Shown here: piece after piece, positions 59,471-64,000 of the stretch
How positions within the stretch are numbered: the first letter of the stretch is position 1
Layout: the number at the start of each line of letters is the position of its first letter
Assembly: GCA_965242725.1 (NCBI GenBank)
Contig: CBDESZ010000016.1
Span: 192,001 to 256,000, forward strand
Origin: Alkalispirochaeta sp.
GTDB taxonomy: Bacteria; Spirochaetota; Spirochaetia; DSM-27196; Alkalispirochaetaceae
Direction of reading: 5' to 3'
DNA: 64,000 nt
Notes under the pieces: model-generated
Database searches by the model: none
What the model was told of the DNA's origin: nothing
The model's input: the letters and a program-made list of their open reading frames with translations, nothing else
Made by a program: the position numbers and the translations under genes

Positions 59471-60817
59471 TCAACCGCCGCAGGCGTCGCCGGCGACCCA
59501 CCCTCCCGCCCAGCAGATCTGAAGACTGTAGCCGCCGCTCTGACGGTTGAAATCAAGCAGATCTCCGAGGACGTATACGTTGGGTACCTTCCGCAACCGC
59601 ATCGTCCGGAAATCAACTTCCGAAGGGTGAACGCCACCGCTGGAAACAACAGCCTTGTCCCGACCCATGAGGCCGTCGTAGCGGCAGGGAATCCCGGTGA
59701 GGCGCGATACGATGGTGCGTCTGCCGTCACGGGAAAGGGTTGCAAGTTTCTGGTCGGCAGGTATACCCGCGACGGTACAAATTCCACGGGCGAGACGGGG
59801 CGCAACCAGCTCGGACAGAAGCTTTCCCACCGTCTTTTTGCCCCGTTCTGCGACCGCCGTGAGGATGTATCGATCCGTTTCCGCGGGATCCGTATCGGGC
59901 CGGGGATTGATGAGCAGCCGGAACGGCGTCGTCCCCGCGAGCTCTTCCAGCTCCGCCGATGAGTTGAGCGCCGCGGGACCGCTCAGACCGAAATGGGTAA
60001 AGAGAAGCTTGCCCCGTCGTATGACCCTGCGCTTTCCATTTGCCCAGAACGCCTCGTTGTATGCGTCGGGCCCATCGTTACCGGCCGGGCCGGCCGGCGG
60101 ACCGTCTTTCACCGGCGGTACGGTCTGTGCAATCAGCTCCGCATCCTGAATCGCAAGGCCCTGCAACTCCGTCACCCAACGGTCGGAAACGCGGATCGGT
60201 ACGAGGGCGCTCTCGGCAACCCGTACCGCCACGCCCAGCCGGGATAGCCATGGCAGGGCGTCGCCGGTTGATCCCGTATCGGGCCGCGCCGTTCCGCCCG
60301 TTGATAGAACGAACTCGCGTCCCGCGATGATTTCTCCCCGCTTCGTCTGCACAGCCCGCACCGTCCGGGGCGAATCGTCGGCGGTCACCAGCGACGCGAC
60401 GGCACAGTTCCGACGGATCGCAACACCGCCGTCCGACATGTACGATTCAAGGGCCGCGCGAACCGATACGGCGTTGTCCGTTACGGGAAAAACACGTCCT
60501 TCCGCTTCCACTTTTGTCGCCAGTCCGTATCGGTCAAAGAGCGCGCGAGTCTCGTCAGGCCCGAATCGGGCGAAGAGACTGTGCAGGTGTACACCATTCT
60601 TGCCGTATTTTCCCGTCAGGACGTGGCGGTTCGTCACGGCGTTGGTGATGTTGCAACGGCCGCCGCCGGTGAGAACCAGTTTCCTGCCGAGAACGTGATT
60701 TTTTTCAAGAAGGATGACCCGCAGGCCCCGTTCCGCGGCGCGGCCTGCGGCGGTCATGCCGGCGGGGCCGCCGCCCACGACGACCACGTCCCACAGAGCG
60801 TCGTCTGATGCACCCAT
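59471..60817 (-). CDS. BaiN/YhiN (HI0933)-family flavoprotein
   Basis: VVGGGPAG, GRKLVLTGGGRCNITN, EGRVFP, STGG...TGSTGD, LLFTHFGLSGPA, GGV, GGYSLQ. Confidence 0.92.
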   Translation of the reverse strand: MGASDDALWDVVVVGGGPAGMTAAGRAAERGLRVILLEKNHVLGRKLVLTGGGRCNITNAVTNRHVLTGKYGKNGVHLHSLFARFGPDETRALFDRYGLATKVEAEGRVFPVTDNAVSVRAALESYMSDGGVAIRRNCAVASLVTADDSPRTVRAVQTKRGEIIAGREFVLSTGGTARPDTGSTGDALPWLSRLGVAVRVAESALVPIRVSDRWVTELQGLAIQDAELIAQTVPPVKDGPPAGPAGNDGPDAYNEAFWANGKRRVIRRGKLLFTHFGLSGPAALNSSAELEELAGTTPFRLLINPRPDTDPAETDRYILTAVAERGKKTVGKLLSELVAPRLARGICTVAGIPADQKLATLSRDGRRTIVSRLTGIPCRYDGLMGRDKAVVSSGGVHPSEVDFRTMRLRKVPNVYVLGDLLDFNRQSGGYSLQICWAGGWVAGDACGG

Positions 60818-60918
60818 GGCAGAAAAATAACGCGCGCAACCGGGTGATTACAACGGGGCGGCGGCGTTTGATCCGGTGAGATGCACATGCACCTCACCGA
60901 ATGGTGCGACCGGTATTC

Positions 60919-61509
60919 CTACGCCTCCGGGCGCACGACCGTCAGTGTCTCCGTTGCGGATACGTTGTCCGTTACATAGGCGTTTACCCGTATGAGCGTC
61001 TCCGTGTAGTAGAGGGGCACATCGACGGAAAAAGAACCGGTTTCGTCTACGGAGATTCTGGTACCCGTTACGGTGATCATCGCCGCCGGATCCGAAACGG
61101 ATCCGGAAACGGTTATTGAGGTACCCGTCGTTTCCGTCATTTCTTCCGGAGTCGCGATGCTGAGGGACAAGGCGCGGGTAACCGTCAACGACCGTGTGGC
61201 GGGAGTGACCCCTTCCTTCTCTGCACGAATACTGATGCGGTTGGCTCCGTAGTTGAGGGGAATGGTGTGGCTGAATGCACCGTCCGTGGACAGAGCAACG
61301 GTCTGACCATTTATTGTGAGTGTTGCCGATCGGTCCGACACGACCCCGCTGACGAGTGTTTCTCCCTCCGAGACGGTGCCCCGGGTTGACGGCGTGGTGA
61401 CTTCGATCGTCAGACGCTGATTTCTGGACGGGGTGCCACACCCTGCAAGGAGGAATACCCCAAGAACAGTGATGGCGAGTACCATCGTGGGGACTCTTTT
61501 TTTTGTCAT
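60919..61509 (-). CDS. Lipoprotein with two Ig-like beta-sandwich repeats
   Basis: GGAGG RBS, ATG at 61509, lipobox LLAGC; repeats VSGVVSD...DGAFSHTIPLNYG and VSGSVSD...TGSFSVDVPLYYT. Confidence 0.75.
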   Translation of the reverse strand: MTKKRVPTMVLAITVLGVFLLAGCGTPSRNQRLTIEVTTPSTRGTVSEGETLVSGVVSDRSATLTINGQTVALSTDGAFSHTIPLNYGANRISIRAEKEGVTPATRSLTVTRALSLSIATPEEMTETTGTSITVSGSVSDPAAMITVTGTRISVDETGSFSVDVPLYYTETLIRVNAYVTDNVSATETLTVVRPEA

Positions 61510-61573
61510 ACCTACCTCCGGTATTGCGGTAACAAATTCTGGTAGAATAATAGAACCGAGGTGTGAAGAAGTT

Positions 61574-62275
61574 GTGAATGAATCGACGATTTTGGTGGTC
61601 GAGGATGACGAACGGACCTCTCGTCTCGTCAAATCGTATCTCATCAGAGAGGGGTACACCGTATTTACGGCGGGAAACGGAATCGATGCGATCGAAATTG
61701 CCAGAAAGTGCAACCCCACGCTGGTGGTGCTGGATCTCATGCTGCCGGGATTGACCGGGCGGGAAGTGTGCAGGATTCTCAGGGAAGAACAGAACCCCCT
61801 GATTATCATGTTGACGGCCCGTACCGCGGAAGACGACAAAATTGCGGGACTCGACAGCGGAGCGGACGACTATATTGGAAAACCCTTCAGTCCCCGGGAG
61901 CTGACCGCCCGCATCCGTGCGGTGTTACGCAGGGGCGTGGGCTCCCATACCGACGAAAAGGGCGGCGGGACAATTTCGTCAGGTGACGTGGTTCTGTCCG
62001 TCCGGGAGCAGCGGGTGCAGGTCCGCGGCCGGTCGATAGAGGTGACACCCGTCGAGTATCGGATACTCCTGCTGCTTATGCGTCATCCCGATACCGTATA
62101 CTCCCGGGAGCAGATTATCGATCACGTCTTTGGATATGACTACGACGGACTGGACAGAACCGTGGATGCCCATATTAAGAATCTACGTCGCAAGATCGAA
62201 ATCGACCGCAATGCGCCGCACCATATTAAAACCCGTTTCGGGTCGGGGTATTACTTCGACTCAGGTAATCCCTGA
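61574..62275 (+). CDS. OmpR-family response regulator
   Basis: GTG start at 61574; ILVVEDD, VLDLMLPG, MLTA, GADDYIGKPFSP, RTVDAHIKNLRRKI, TRFGSGY. Confidence 0.94.
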   Translation: MNESTILVVEDDERTSRLVKSYLIREGYTVFTAGNGIDAIEIARKCNPTLVVLDLMLPGLTGREVCRILREEQNPLIIMLTARTAEDDKIAGLDSGADDYIGKPFSPRELTARIRAVLRRGVGSHTDEKGGGTISSGDVVLSVREQRVQVRGRSIEVTPVEYRILLLLMRHPDTVYSREQIIDHVFGYDYDGLDRTVDAHIKNLRRKIEIDRNAPHHIKTRFGSGYYFDSGNP

Positions 62276-63612
62276 TGGTGCGTCTGCGGAGTCGTCTCTT
62301 TTTCGCCTTCGGCATCGTCATTTTTGTCGCGGTGGGTACTATTTCCATCTTTGTTACGCGGTTTGCCGGCAATGAATTCGACAACTACGAGGAGATCTCC
62401 GAACGACTGCAAACGACGCGCATGGCCCAATGGCTGACGGGATTCTATCTGGTCGATGAATCCTGGGAGGGTGTGCAGCCCTTTGCCGAAGAGATGGATG
62501 CAATCACAGGGGTCGCCGTCGTGGTGGCCGACGGAACGGGAGCGATCGTCGGAAACTCCCGGAGCCACGAAGTACCGCCGTTCCCGCCTTCCCTGTGGAG
62601 TAAACATGAGTTGTTTGCCGGCTCCGAAGAGGCAGGAATCGGTACGCTCTATCTCAGCAGCGCCCGGACCATACAGGAGCAGTATCGTGCCCGCCTTCAA
62701 AGCATACTGTGGATTCTCCTCCTCGGTGGCAGCGCCCTGGGGGCGGTCGCTGCGCTGATTGTATCGACAGTCGTCGCGGCAATGATATCGGCTCCTATCA
62801 GCAGTATTGCCCGTGCTGCCGTAAAGGCGGGGGGAGGTGATTTTTCACAACGTGTCGATATCCGTAGGAACGATGAAGTGGGTGAACTTGCCGGGGCTTT
62901 CAATAGAATGGTTGAGGATCTGGACGCCGGCCTCCGGCAGAGACGGAATCAGATTGCCGACACGGCTCATGAGTTGCGCAACCCCGTTACCAATATCCGG
63001 GGATATGTGGAGGCTCTGAATGACGGTGTGATGGGTATCTCCGAATCTCTTCCGGTGCTGCGGGATGAGATTGAACTGCTGACCCGGTTGATCGATGACT
63101 TACAGGAACTCGCGCTCGCGGAATCGGGGATCCTGAAAATCGAACGGCGAACGGAAGACCTCCTGCGCATTGTCGGTCACGCAATTTCAGCAATGCGACC
63201 CCGGGCGAAGGAAAAGAATATCGCCGTAACGCTCGAGGCGCCGGACGATACGATTCCGGTATATGCGGACGGCGACCGAATCGGTCAGGTGTTTTCAAAC
63301 ATATTGCGAAACGCCCTGTACTACACGCCGCCGGGCGGGACGGTTACCGTTTCCATTCAATCCGTTGACGAATCCGTTACGGTGTCGGTATGTGATACCG
63401 GGAGCGGGATTCCGCCTCAGGAACTGGAGAGGATTTTTGAGCGCTTTCGTCGTCTCGATCCGGCTCGCTCCCGATCTACCGGCGGCAGTGGTCTCGGTCT
63501 GACGATCGCACGCCTCCTTGTGGAACTGCACGGCGGGAAGATCGTTGCGGAGAACCGGCAAGGCGGCGGGAGTTGTTTCTCCTTTACCATACCCCGTGAC
63601 GTCACTCAATGA
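62275..63612 (+). CDS. Sensor histidine kinase (BaeS-like: HAMP-HisKA-HATPase)
   Basis: Two TMs, DEVGELAGAFNRM, AHELRNP, NILRNALYYT, DTGSGI, GGSGLGLTIA. Confidence 0.94.
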   Translation: MVRLRSRLFFAFGIVIFVAVGTISIFVTRFAGNEFDNYEEISERLQTTRMAQWLTGFYLVDESWEGVQPFAEEMDAITGVAVVVADGTGAIVGNSRSHEVPPFPPSLWSKHELFAGSEEAGIGTLYLSSARTIQEQYRARLQSILWILLLGGSALGAVAALIVSTVVAAMISAPISSIARAAVKAGGGDFSQRVDIRRNDEVGELAGAFNRMVEDLDAGLRQRRNQIADTAHELRNPVTNIRGYVEALNDGVMGISESLPVLRDEIELLTRLIDDLQELALAESGILKIERRTEDLLRIVGHAISAMRPRAKEKNIAVTLEAPDDTIPVYADGDRIGQVFSNILRNALYYTPPGGTVTVSIQSVDESVTVSVCDTGSGIPPQELERIFERFRRLDPARSRSTGGSGLGLTIARLLVELHGGKIVAENRQGGGSCFSFTIPRDVTQ

Positions 63613-63663
63613 CGGGCGTTCATGTGTGGTGGCTTGTAACAAATACTGCTATTCTACCTCTTG

Positions 63664-64000
63664 ATGGCAAAGATCCTTCTTATCGTAAACCCCAACGCCG
63701 GTAAGCGGCGGGGGCTTCAGGCGGCGTACGATGCGGCGGAAGAGTTGAATCGTCACGGACACGAGGTGACGACAAAGATCTCCAACTTTCCCGGCGATAC
63801 GGTGATTCTCGCCAAGGAACTCATCACCGAAGGTGGTCGCGATCACGGTATCGACATCGTTGTTGCCGTGGGAGGGGACGGAACCTTGTTTGAGGTCGTC
63901 AACGGCCTCTTTGCAGGAATGCGTGAAGCCGCCACTGAGCCGCCGGAGAGTACGACACATGACACGCTTCCGACGGTCGCGCAGATTCCCGTCGGTACCG
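63664..64000 (+). CDS. Diacylglycerol/lipid kinase family (YegS/DgkB-like), partial; runs off window end
   Basis: Manual translation MAKILLIVNPNAGK...VVAVGGDGTLFEVVNG...QIPVGT. Confidence 0.88.
   Translation, partial: MAKILLIVNPNAGKRRGLQAAYDAAEELNRHGHEVTTKISNFPGDTVILAKELITEGGRDHGIDIVVAVGGDGTLFEVVNGLFAGMREAATEPPESTTHDTLPTVAQIPVGT

Noticed and set aside
61433..61839. Long overlapping N-termini of ORFs 60919-61839 (-) and 61433-62275 (+)
   Set aside because: RBS, lipobox and receiver-domain boundaries indicate true starts at 61509 and 61574, with no overlap.
1..64000. tRNA, rRNA, IS/transposase, integrase, prophage or defence genes
   Set aside because: No such motifs, terminal repeats or compositional islands recognised by eye; a tRNAscan/Rfam run could still find small RNAs.

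Overview
Replication-origin region of a high-GC free-living spirochaete. The taxon is inferred from the gene order gyrB<- dnaA-dnaN-recF-DUF721-rpmH-rnpA-yidC-jag, spirochaete-style signal peptides and MCPs, and many acidic proteins; it resembles Spirochaetaceae/Alkalispirochaeta. oriC is bipartite, with DnaA boxes and a DnaA-trio array. It is followed by a methyl-cycle cluster (gcvH, ahcY, metK, metF), pth, lplA, deoD, and an SDR/NudC/Gfo/GlpA-like/FrdB-like run. Next come gatC-gatA-gatB-aspS(ND type), a lipoprotein/LolA-like/ABC cassette, a DUF1611-epimerase-NhaC-family operon, and a rhodanese lipoprotein plus MCP. The rest holds divergent Pit and Phn-type phosphate uptake genes, an SPL-like radical SAM gene, two more MCPs, rsgA, a BaiN-family flavoprotein, a two-component system and a partial DAGK-family gene. 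I saw no rRNA, tRNA, CRISPR array or mobile element. The best candidate for an undescribed system is an 812-aa GatB carrying a complete C-terminal type-I asparaginase/GatD-like domain whose first catalytic Thr is Ala. It lies in an operon with an intact GatA and an archaeal-type AspRS. Other candidates are a rhodanese lipoprotein-chemoreceptor pair, a tandem P13-like porin, a short GlpA plus FrdB module, and a uORF/structured leader before rsgA. Three genes (dnaA, the glpA-like gene and the NAGPA-like gene) are frameshifted at or near G runs, most likely by assembly indels. All family calls come from motif recognition by eye, not database searches.
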